In this document: positions 35,523 through 43,031 of the stretch, one piece after another
Position numbering within the stretch: position 1 is the first letter of the stretch
Layout: each line of letters starts with the position of its first letter
Assembly (NCBI GenBank): GCA_035403085.1
Contig: DAONEM010000008.1
Span: forward strand, 3,956 to 67,955
DNA from: Candidatus Aminicenantes bacterium
GTDB taxonomy: Bacteria; Acidobacteriota; Aminicenantia; JAMOAD01
Direction: 5' to 3'
Length of the DNA stretch: 64,000 nt
The notes under the pieces: generated by a model
What the model saw: only the letters and a program-made list of their open reading frames with translations
Told to the model about the DNA's origin: nothing
Databases searched by the model: none
Translations under genes and position numbers: made by a program

Positions 35523-37036
35523 AGGGACTCCTTTCTTCTGGGAGAAACCAGAGAGGTAAACTTCTGCAGGAGGGCCTTGTCCTCTGCGGCGGTGCCGAAG
35601 AGGTGGAGCAGGAGGATGTACCCTACCAGGAAAGCGGCCAGGGCCACCGCGTCGGAAACCCTGGGAGGAAGGGCCCAGACGAGCTCTTTCAAGAGGAAGG
35701 CGGCGGCACCGGAGAGGGCCGCGGCGAAGAGTGCCCGAAGGTGGTACCGGGTGAAGGGGTGCATCCGGTAGAAGAGGCGGACCATGACGAGCCTGAGAAG
35801 GTTCATCACGGTGTAGGCGGCCAGGGTCGCACAGGCGGCTCCGGTCATTCCGTAACGGGGGACCAGGAAGAGGCCGAGTCCGGCGGAAACGGCGATCCCG
35901 GCCACGGTGTTGAGCAGGTTGAAGGCGGGCCTCTCGATGAGGATGAAGAGCTCCGAGACCCCCAGGACTGTGTTGATAAGAACGGCTATGGTCAGGAGCG
36001 TGAGGGGAAGGGCTCCCGAAGAGAACCCCTTTCCAAAGACGGCCATGATGAGTTGGGACCCGAAGGTCGCCAAGCCCAGGAGGGCGAGGTCGATGATCAG
36101 GATCCAGCGGGTGACCGTCCTGAAGTGGGCGAGAAGCTCCTTGGATTCTGACCTGGCTTCGGCGGCCGCGATCACCGGGATGGTGATGGGGTCGAAACTC
36201 TGGCGGACCTTCTTGAAGGTGAAGGCGGCGTTCTGGGCGAGTCCGTAGACACCGACCGAGGCTGGCGCCGCGAAACGGCTCAGGAGGAGGAGGTCGATCC
36301 TCTGCAGGAAGAGGTTCAGAAGGTCGTAGACACCGATGAAGGCGGAAAACCGCGTGAACTCTCGACGGCCTTCCTTCGCCGCCAGAAGCCTGAAGACCCG
36401 ACGGGGCGAGTAGAGCCTGGTGAAGAGGATCCCCGCGGCGGTTGTCCCCGCCGCGGTCGCCAGAAGAAAGGCCCAGGCGATACCTTTGATCCCCGGGAGA
36501 AAGGGGCGGAGGAGAAGGGCGAGGAGGAAGAGAGCCGCCGGTTCGATGCCGCTCTTGACGGCGATCTCGTGCTTCATGACCCGGACGGCCCGGGCCCCGT
36601 GGACCAGGACGGCCGTGAGGGTCCAGAAGAGGATTCCCGGAGCCATCACCCTGAGGGGAAGAACCAGGTCTGGACGGTGGAGAAGGGAACAAAGGAGGGG
36701 AACCGAGAGCTCCAAGGCTCCGACGAGGAGAAGGGAGCAGAACGCCGTCACTGCGAGGGCTTGGGCGATGGAACGGTAAGCCCCCTCCTCGTCGCCGGTG
36801 GCGCGGAAGCGGGCGACAAAGGTCAAAACGCCCCTATCGAACCCTAAGAGGCCGAGTTTTGAGGCGATGTCGAGGCTGGATTGACAGAGAACGAAGACGC
36901 CGGTGATCGCTGCGCCGTAGGCCCTGGCGAGCCAGACATAGAAGAGAACGTTGACACTTTTGATGAGAATTCCTGCGAAGTTTGTGAGCGCACCCCGTGC
37001 GATGTCGCGTGTATCCGCCTTGAGGTTGTTGGTCAA
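35519..37036 (-). CDS. MOP-superfamily (Wzx/MurJ-like) polysaccharide/lipid-linked oligosaccharide flippase
   Basis: It is a polytopic protein of about 500 aa with the composition and repeat of polysaccharide biosynthesis/flippase proteins. The proposed TTG start at 37036 is preceded by GGAGG. The start is uncertain. The ORF-track N-terminus overlaps the lpxC promoter region. Confidence 0.7.
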   Translation of the reverse strand: MTNNLKADTRDIARGALTNFAGILIKSVNVLFYVWLARAYGAAITGVFVLCQSSLDIASKLGLLGFDRGVLTFVARFRATGDEEGAYRSIAQALAVTAFCSLLLVGALELSVPLLCSLLHRPDLVLPLRVMAPGILFWTLTAVLVHGARAVRVMKHEIAVKSGIEPAALFLLALLLRPFLPGIKGIAWAFLLATAAGTTAAGILFTRLYSPRRVFRLLAAKEGRREFTRFSAFIGVYDLLNLFLQRIDLLLLSRFAAPASVGVYGLAQNAAFTFKKVRQSFDPITIPVIAAAEARSESKELLAHFRTVTRWILIIDLALLGLATFGSQLIMAVFGKGFSSGALPLTLLTIAVLINTVLGVSELFILIERPAFNLLNTVAGIAVSAGLGLFLVPRYGMTGAACATLAAYTVMNLLRLVMVRLFYRMHPFTRYHLRALFAAALSGAAAFLLKELVWALPPRVSDAVALAAFLVGYILLLHLFGTAAEDKALLQKFTSLVSPRRKESL

Positions 37037-37165
37037 AAAACCTCCGAAGCCGATGTGCGACGGCTGCCTTGAAAGGGGCAAGCAGAAGAGAGCCCTCTCT
37101 CCGGGGCGATTAGAAAGAAAATATCGGGTCGTCTCATTATGGACAATTTCGTGGCGCGGATCTTC

Positions 37166-37194
37166 ATTAAAGCCGACTAGAGAGAAAAAGTCAA
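37166..37194 (-). promoter_or_regulatory. sigma70-type promoter of the flippase operon (TTGACT-17-TTTAAT)
   Basis: On the minus strand, TTGACT is at 37194-37189 and TTTAAT at 37171-37166. Its -35 lies 4 nt from the -35 of the divergent lpxC promoter. Confidence 0.5.
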
Positions 37195-37198
37195 GGAG

Positions 37199-37228
37199 TT
37201 GACCCCTTCCCGGCAGGGAAGGTATGAT
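37199..37228 (+). promoter_or_regulatory. sigma70-type promoter of lpxC (TTGACC-18-TATGAT), -10 ends 5 nt before the ATG
   Basis: TTGACC is at 37199-37204 and TATGAT at 37223-37228, followed by CTGAT and ATG 37234. There is no Shine-Dalgarno sequence. Confidence 0.55.
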
Positions 37229-37233
37229 CTGAT

Positions 37234-38091
37234 ATGATGAAGACAAGGGAGTTAAAAAGGACCCTGGAGTTTGAAGGAATCGGGGTCCATTCGGGGAAGG
37301 GAGTCCGTTGTCGGCTTCTTCCCGACACATCCTTCCGGGGCGTCCGCTTCCTTCTTCCCGGAGGCCCACCCCGCCTGGCCGATCCTTTCACGGCCTCGAC
37401 GCCCAACTCTACGGTCTTGGAGTGGAAGGGGGAGAGAGTGGCTACGGTGGAGCACCTTCTGGCGGTTCTCCACCTCCTTCGGTACCGGAGGGTGATGGTC
37501 GAAGTTCAGGGGGGAGAACTCCCTATCCTTGACGGGAGCGCCCTCCCCTACTTCGAGGCCCTGTCGGATCCCGCCGTTTTCTCCCCCGGGGAAGAGGAGG
37601 ACTCAGGTCCTTTTCCTTCGCCCCTACGGGTTCAAGAGGGAGAGGGATGGGCCGAATACTCACCGGGCGGTCCCTTTCGCGTGGAATACGGGATCCGCTT
37701 CCCCCACCCCGCTATCGGAGAGCTCACTTGGCGTGGAGAGATCAACGAGGAGACCTTCGGAAGGGAGATCGCCCCGGCCAGAACCTTCGGCTTCCTGAAG
37801 CAGGCGCAAGAGCTGAGAAAGAGGGGGCTGGCCTTGGGGGCCTCCCTGGAGAACACCATCGTCCTGGACGATCAGGGGCCTCTCTCCCCTCTTCGCTTCC
37901 CTGACGAATACGTGCGGCACAAGGTTTTAGACCTTCTGGGAGACCTCTTCTACCTCGGCGGCGGGCTTACGGGAGTGTGGCGGGTGTTTCGGGGGGGACA
38001 CTCGCTTCATCTGGCGTTGGTGAGAGGACTTCTGGCTCTTCCTTCGGGGCCTCTTGCGTCAGGGGCTCCTCCCTCTCAGGGGGGGGCTTAA
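37234..38091 (+). CDS. lpxC: UDP-3-O-acyl-N-acetylglucosamine deacetylase
   Basis: It has the N-terminal LKRTLEFEGIGVHSG, TVEHLLA, HKVLDLLGDL and FRGGHSL motifs of LpxC, at 285 aa. Confidence 0.9.
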   Translation: MMKTRELKRTLEFEGIGVHSGKGVRCRLLPDTSFRGVRFLLPGGPPRLADPFTASTPNSTVLEWKGERVATVEHLLAVLHLLRYRRVMVEVQGGELPILDGSALPYFEALSDPAVFSPGEEEDSGPFPSPLRVQEGEGWAEYSPGGPFRVEYGIRFPHPAIGELTWRGEINEETFGREIAPARTFGFLKQAQELRKRGLALGASLENTIVLDDQGPLSPLRFPDEYVRHKVLDLLGDLFYLGGGLTGVWRVFRGGHSLHLALVRGLLALPSGPLASGAPPSQGGA

Positions 38092-38785
38092 GCCCTCGGT
38101 GCCTGAGGATGGAGAGGATCCTGCGACGCTTGAAGGCGACGAACCCCCTCTGAGCGCGGGGAGAGTACTTCAAGGGGTTGGGAAGGATCGCGGCCAGAGA
38201 GGCGGCCTGTTCGAGGGAGAGAGAGGAAGCGGAGACTCCGAAGTGACGCCTCGCCGCAGCCTCGGCCCCGAAGATTCCCTCACCCCACTCCACGGAGTTG
38301 AGGTAAAGCTCGAGAATCCTCTTCTTCGTGAGCGTCTTCTCCATCTTCAGGGCGATGGGGACCTCCGCCGCCTTCCGGAAGAGACTCTTCTTCGGCGAGA
38401 GGTAGAGGTTCTTCGCCAGCTGCTGGGTCAGCGTGGAGGCTCCTCTAACCATACGGCCCCTCTTCAGGTCCTTTTCGAGGGAGAGGCGGATCTCGACCCA
38501 ATCCAGGCCTTCGTGGCTGAAAAACCGGTCGTCTTCGCTGGCTAGAACGGCCCTGATGAGGGAGGGGGAGATCCTGGAGATGCTCTTCCACCTCCGGTCG
38601 ACACGGTAGGGCTTTCCCTCCTTGAGCCTTTGGCTCTTACGGTACTCGATGAAGGCCGTGGTCTTCGGGTTCTCCTTGGCCAAGCGGGCCGTGTCGGGGA
38701 GGAGGACAAACCAGAAGAGAAGGGCTCCCAGGACGAGGAGGAGAAGGCAGAGGAAGAACTTGGGTAAGAGGCGGCGTTTTTTCAT
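37967..38785 (-). CDS. mtgA: monofunctional biosynthetic peptidoglycan transglycosylase
   Basis: It has the GT51 motifs ASEDDRFFSHEGLDW and GASTLTQQLAKN, plus an N-terminal TM anchor. A Pro/Glu-rich C-terminal tail overlaps the lpxC 3' end. Confidence 0.9.
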   Translation of the reverse strand: MKKRRLLPKFFLCLLLLVLGALLFWFVLLPDTARLAKENPKTTAFIEYRKSQRLKEGKPYRVDRRWKSISRISPSLIRAVLASEDDRFFSHEGLDWVEIRLSLEKDLKRGRMVRGASTLTQQLAKNLYLSPKKSLFRKAAEVPIALKMEKTLTKKRILELYLNSVEWGEGIFGAEAAARRHFGVSASSLSLEQAASLAAILPNPLKYSPRAQRGFVAFKRRRILSILRHRGLKPPPEREEPLTQEAPKEEPEVLSPTPDEASVPPETPATLP

Positions 38786-39900
38786 GGTTGTTCCTTTCTT
38801 TCAGGGGGTAAAGGTCTCTTTCTGAAGAGCTTCTCCCTCTCCAGAAGGGGAAAATCTATGAGAAACTGAGGGGTGAAGACTCCCCGGTCCATCCCCTCCT
38901 TGATCTCCCGGTAGCTCCAGAACCTTCCCTCCGTGATCTCCTGGGGATCCGTTTTCAAGGGGAGGCCATCGTAGAGGGCGGTATAGGAGATGACCCATTC
39001 GCTTTCTCTCTCTTCCCTTCGGATGTTAAGGGCGAAGGGGGCGAAAGAGGGCGGTTCCCAACCCAACTCTTCGAGGCACTCCCTCTTGAGAGCCTCTTCG
39101 GGCTTCTCCCCGAAGAGGATATGGCCGCTTACCGAGGTTTCCCAGAGACCCGGCGCGGTCTCCTTGTTCGGGGAGCGTTTCTGCAGGTAGAGGTCTCCGT
39201 CTCGAGAGAAGAGGTGCAGTCTCACGACCGGGTGGAGAAGGGAGGGATCGCCATGGCAGAGGGAGCGGGGGGCCTTGCCGAGGAGACGTCCCTCGTCGTT
39301 GACGATGGGGAGTTGCTCTTCTCTCTCCAGGAGACGCCATCGTCTCGCGGCGATAATCCTCCGCCCCAGGAGGGTGGCCAGGGTCGCCCCCAGGAGGAGA
39401 AGGGGAAGAAGGGTTGTGGAGACGAAGGCCCAGACCCTTCTGGAGAGGAAGAGGGCGGCGTAGAGCGTGAGGAGGGAGTGGAGAAAGAAGAGGAAGAAGA
39501 GGGGGCGGGAGAGTCTCTTGAGGGAACCTTCGGGGAGCCAAGGCGCATACCTTTTCATGGACCCCGATAGGAGAGGCCAGGGGGTGTAGGCCTCCAGGAA
39601 GAGGAGCCCGGACATGATGAAGCCGAAAAGGGCTGGCTTGACAAGGAAAAAGCGGCTGTCCCGGAGGAAGAGTGAGAGAAGGCCCAAGAGCATGACCAGG
39701 AGAGTGTCCGCAAGGATCCAGAGATCGGTCTTCCTCTGCTTGATCCAGGTCCAGAGGAACTCCCCGCCCCCCGTGACAAGGGCCATGATGACGGCGGGGG
39801 TCTCCCCCCAAAGCTCCTCGACGAGGATGTAGGCGAGAAGGGGAAGAAGCGAGAGGAGAAGGAAGAGGTTCCAGGAGGTGTGCCTCTTCTCTCCTTCCAT
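38782..39900 (-). CDS. fusion: polytopic membrane domain (YciB/IspZ-like?) + IDI-like Nudix hydrolase domain
   Basis: The N-terminal roughly 190 aa contain 5-6 hydrophobic helices. The C-terminal part has the Nudix box GHILFGEKPEEALKRECLEELG within an IPP-isomerase-like context (PGLWETSVSGH). Its stop overlaps the mtgA ATG in an ATGA. Confidence 0.8.
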   Translation of the reverse strand: MEGEKRHTSWNLFLLLSLLPLLAYILVEELWGETPAVIMALVTGGGEFLWTWIKQRKTDLWILADTLLVMLLGLLSLFLRDSRFFLVKPALFGFIMSGLLFLEAYTPWPLLSGSMKRYAPWLPEGSLKRLSRPLFFLFFLHSLLTLYAALFLSRRVWAFVSTTLLPLLLLGATLATLLGRRIIAARRWRLLEREEQLPIVNDEGRLLGKAPRSLCHGDPSLLHPVVRLHLFSRDGDLYLQKRSPNKETAPGLWETSVSGHILFGEKPEEALKRECLEELGWEPPSFAPFALNIRREERESEWVISYTALYDGLPLKTDPQEITEGRFWSYREIKEGMDRGVFTPQFLIDFPLLEREKLFRKRPLPPERKEQP

Positions 39901-39902
39901 GG

Positions 39903-40787
39903 TCAGCGGGAAAAGGAGGCTCGGAGGAAGAAGGAGATGTCCGCGGAGGTGTCGAAAGGAGGGAGGTCTTCGATGATTCCCGCCTCCAGACGACGGGAGA
40001 GAGGGATGGAGAGAGAGACCGCCCGGGCCGCGTGTCTGCGGTCACCGACCCGGTAGGGGGAACTACGGCTCAGGATGGAGAGCCTGATCCGGGAGAGGGA
40101 GAGGCGAAGCTCGTCCTGGGAGAAGGTTGAGTTCAGAGGCTCTTGCTCGGGGATCCAACCGGGACGGGGGAAGAGGGCGCGGTGGTGGTAGAGTTCCAGG
40201 GAGAGGTTCCTGGTGATCTGCCAGGCGGCGGAGCCGCCCCAGACGAGGAAGGGGTTGCGGGGGGAGAGTCCTGCGGTGGCCACCAGGGGAAGCCCCAGGG
40301 AGAAGCGAAGGTCCAGAGAGAGGGGACCCTTGCCGTAGACTCTTCTGGAAAGGCCCAGGATCAGGGGGCCGCTTTGAACGGAGGGGGAGAGATGGGAGAA
40401 GCCGTCGCCGAGTCTGTAGTTGACTCTGTTCTTGGGGTAGAGGTCACGCCGGGCTTCGGGGTAGCTGAAGAGGGAGTGGAACCCTTCGACCAGAGAATCC
40501 AGGTAACCTCCTGAGACGAAGCTGAACGTGACAGCCCCTTCGAAGGTCCAATCTTTGTCCAGTCCGCGTCGGTAGAGGAGGGTATGGGAGAAAAGCTCCA
40601 TGTCGTTGACGGAGTCGTGGGCGAAGTCGAGGGCGTAGAGGTTGGCGTGGGTGTACTCCAGGGAGAGCGACCACCTGCGGGCTCCCAAGGGGGCGCCTGC
40701 CGTAAAAGGGAAACGGGCCAGGGAGTCCACCGGAGGGAAGAGGGTCTGGGTGGCTTGGCACGGGAGGGGGAGGAGAAGAAGGAACAA
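39903..40787 (-). CDS. hypothetical exported/outer-membrane-like protein
   Basis: It has a hydrophobic N-terminus (FLLLLPLPCQA) and alternating beta-strand-like sequence. The ORF-track N-terminus is a translation of tRNA-Leu, so I propose the TTG at 40787 as the start. This start is uncertain. The gene ends 2 nt before the Nudix-fusion start. Confidence 0.5.
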   Translation of the reverse strand: MFLLLLPLPCQATQTLFPPVDSLARFPFTAGAPLGARRWSLSLEYTHANLYALDFAHDSVNDMELFSHTLLYRRGLDKDWTFEGAVTFSFVSGGYLDSLVEGFHSLFSYPEARRDLYPKNRVNYRLGDGFSHLSPSVQSGPLILGLSRRVYGKGPLSLDLRFSLGLPLVATAGLSPRNPFLVWGGSAAWQITRNLSLELYHHRALFPRPGWIPEQEPLNSTFSQDELRLSLSRIRLSILSRSSPYRVGDRRHAARAVSLSIPLSRRLEAGIIEDLPPFDTSADISFFLRASFSR

Positions 40788-40792
40788 GAGGA

Positions 40793-40880
<88 letters not shown>

Positions 40881-40942
40881 CTGAAAAACAGGGTTAAACA
40901 TAGCACCCACCCCGGTCTTTGTCAACGGAGGCCTTGGGGGGG

Positions 40943-41881
40943 TCAGCCGAGGAACTTCTGCAGGTAGTCGTAGATTCCCTTGCTGTCCAAACCGTAGTGG
41001 GCCATGAGCTGGGAGGACTTGCCGGAGACGCCGAAAACGTTCTCCAGGCCGATCCTTCCGATCTGAACAGGGTGGCGTTCGGAGAGAAACTCGGCGACCG
41101 CCGAAGCGAAACCGCCGGCTTTCTGGTGCTCTTCGGCCACAACGATTCGAGGGTAGCGGGAGGCGGCGCTCAAGAGAAACTCTTCGTCCAGGGGCTTCAC
41201 CGTGGCGCAGTCGGCGACAGCCACAGACTTTCCGATCTTTTCGAGCTCTCTGGCCGCCGTGAGGGCCTCGGAGACCTCCTTGCCCGTCGCCAGGACCAGA
41301 GTGTCCCTGCCCTCTTTCAGCAGTTCGTAGCGTCCGAGGGCGAAACGGTATCCGCTCTCATGGATGACCGGGAACTCTTCTCTGGAGAGGCGGACGTAGA
41401 AGGGCCCCCTCTCTTTATGGACGGTTCGGATGACCTCCTCGGTTTGGCGGCTGTCGGAAGGAACGATGACCCGCATGTTGGGAAGGACACGCATGAGGGC
41501 GACATCTTCGTTGCTCTGATGGGTGGCTCCATCCTCGCCGACGGTGATTCCTCCGTGGGTGGCGACGATCTTGACGTTCGCCTGGTTGTAGCAGATGCTT
41601 TGACGAACCTGGTCCCAGGCCCGTCCAGTCGCGAAGACGGCGAAAGTGGAGGCGAAGACCGTCCGGTCGCAGAGCGCGAGGCCGGCGGCCATGCCCATGA
41701 GGTTCTGCTCAGAGATTCCTGTGTTGAAGAAGCGTTCAGGGAAACGCTCCTGGAAGAGAATCGTACGGGTGGAGGAGGAGAGATCGGCGTCGACCACAAC
41801 CAGGCGCGGGTCCTCTTCCCCCAAAGAGATCAAGGTGCGGGCGTAAGCATCCCGCAAACTTTCCAAGGGGGTGGATGCCAT
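40943..41881 (-). CDS. transketolase-family protein, C-terminal (pyrimidine-binding + C-terminal domain) subunit
   Basis: It is 312 aa. FNTGISEQNLMGMAAGLA and THGGITVGEDGATHQ are typical of the C-terminal subunit of split transketolase. No N-terminal subunit gene is adjacent. Confidence 0.85.
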   Translation of the reverse strand: MASTPLESLRDAYARTLISLGEEDPRLVVVDADLSSSTRTILFQERFPERFFNTGISEQNLMGMAAGLALCDRTVFASTFAVFATGRAWDQVRQSICYNQANVKIVATHGGITVGEDGATHQSNEDVALMRVLPNMRVIVPSDSRQTEEVIRTVHKERGPFYVRLSREEFPVIHESGYRFALGRYELLKEGRDTLVLATGKEVSEALTAARELEKIGKSVAVADCATVKPLDEEFLLSAASRYPRIVVAEEHQKAGGFASAVAEFLSERHPVQIGRIGLENVFGVSGKSSQLMAHYGLDSKGIYDYLQKFLG

Positions 41882-41917
41882 GAAGTTAACCTCGTCTAAA
41901 GCCCCAGGAGAGAGCCT

Positions 41918-42874
41918 CTACTCCTCGGGAAGAAAGTCGTTTTCCAGAATGTAATCCATGGGGTTGATAGGCTTGTTGTTTACCAGCACCTCGTAGTGAA
42001 GATGGGGCGCCGTAGACTTGCCGGTACTCCCCACCAGGCCGATGGACTGGCCCCGAGTCACCCGGGCTCCGGGTTTGACCAGACAGGATTTGAGATGGGC
42101 GTAGAGAGTCTTGGTTCCGTTGTTATGAAGGACGATTATATAGTTGCCGTAATCTTTTCTGAAGGTCGATTGGATGACCAGACCGTCTGCCGTGACGATG
42201 ACCCGGTTACCGGTCTGCGTGGCGATGTCGATCCCCGCATGGAACTCCCTGCTCCCCGTGAAGGGGTCTTTGCGCCAGCTGTAGTTGGAGGTGATGATCC
42301 CTTTGGTAGGCCAGATCGAGGGAGAGGAGGCCAGAGTCTTCTCCTGTTCCCGGAAGAACTTGTAAAGGAAGTCCAGGTTCTTCTCGATGCCGGCGGCTTT
42401 GCTCTTCAAAGAGCTGATCTTCCCGGGGACGGAGACCTCTTTCGGGGAGACCGCGGGGGCCAAGGTGTTGCGGGGGATGGTGACGCCCAACCCTGTGGGG
42501 TTGATCGATGAACCGCCCGATCCAACCTCTTTCAAGGCCATGGGGGACTCAAGGCCGGCGATGATGTTCAGCTTCCGTTTATAGTTTTCGAAACGTTGAA
42601 GCTGACCCTGAAGATCCTTCATGCCGCCTTCCAGAAGAGCGATTTTCTGAGCCTGGCTCTTGTTTTCGACCTCGTACTTCTTGGCGAAGAAGGCCTTCCT
42701 TTTCACGCTCGCGTAGTCCACAAGGACAAAGAGAAGAAGAAAGAGCATCACGCCGCTCACGGTCAGGATGATCTGAATGTTCTTCTTGGAAAGGGCGAGG
42801 GTCGTATACTTTCCCCTCACTCCACGGGGCATGAGAATAACGGTGAAAAAACTGTCCCTCTTCTGATCCATCAA
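41918..42874 (-). CDS. M23 family metallopeptidase (LytM/NlpD-like) with N-terminal TM and coiled coil
   Basis: It has the HAGIDIA (HxxxD) and HLHYEV (HxH) zinc-binding motifs and an N-terminal membrane anchor. Confidence 0.9.
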   Translation of the reverse strand: MMDQKRDSFFTVILMPRGVRGKYTTLALSKKNIQIILTVSGVMLFLLLFVLVDYASVKRKAFFAKKYEVENKSQAQKIALLEGGMKDLQGQLQRFENYKRKLNIIAGLESPMALKEVGSGGSSINPTGLGVTIPRNTLAPAVSPKEVSVPGKISSLKSKAAGIEKNLDFLYKFFREQEKTLASSPSIWPTKGIITSNYSWRKDPFTGSREFHAGIDIATQTGNRVIVTADGLVIQSTFRKDYGNYIIVLHNNGTKTLYAHLKSCLVKPGARVTRGQSIGLVGSTGKSTAPHLHYEVLVNNKPINPMDYILENDFLPEE

Positions 42875-42921
42875 CGATCTCCTCGTTGGGGGGATTGGGT
42901 AAAACCTATCATGTCGGAAAT

Positions 42922-42950
42922 ATATTAGACAAGTGAATAGAGCTTGTCAA
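42922..42950 (-). promoter_or_regulatory. sigma70-type promoter of the M23 peptidase gene (TTGACA-17-TAATAT)
   Basis: On the minus strand, TTGACA is at 42950-42945 and TAATAT at 42927-42922. A leader of about 47 nt with GAGGAG follows. Confidence 0.5.
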
Positions 42951-42975
42951 GAGTTGGTGAAATTTTTTCCTTTTT

Positions 42976-43004
42976 TTGTAAGGTCTTGACGGAAGGGGTA
43001 GAAT
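42976..43004 (+). promoter_or_regulatory. candidate sigma70 promoter of patB-like gene (TTGTAA-17-TAGAAT)
   Basis: TTGTAA is at 42976-42981 and TAGAAT at 42999-43004. The leader carries GGAGGTG before ATG 43032. Confidence 0.4.
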
Positions 43005-43031
43005 CCATTGTTGTCTCCTTGGAGGTGAAAG

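Noticed and set aside
34237-37369. Very long N-terminal extensions of three minus-strand ORFs (33229-34797, 34233-36692, 35519-37369).
   Set aside because: The extensions are out-of-frame read-through of the upstream genes, with Pro/Arg/Gly-rich translations. Internal starts at 34236, 35522 and 37036 give proteins that begin where the family homology begins and create ATGA couplings.
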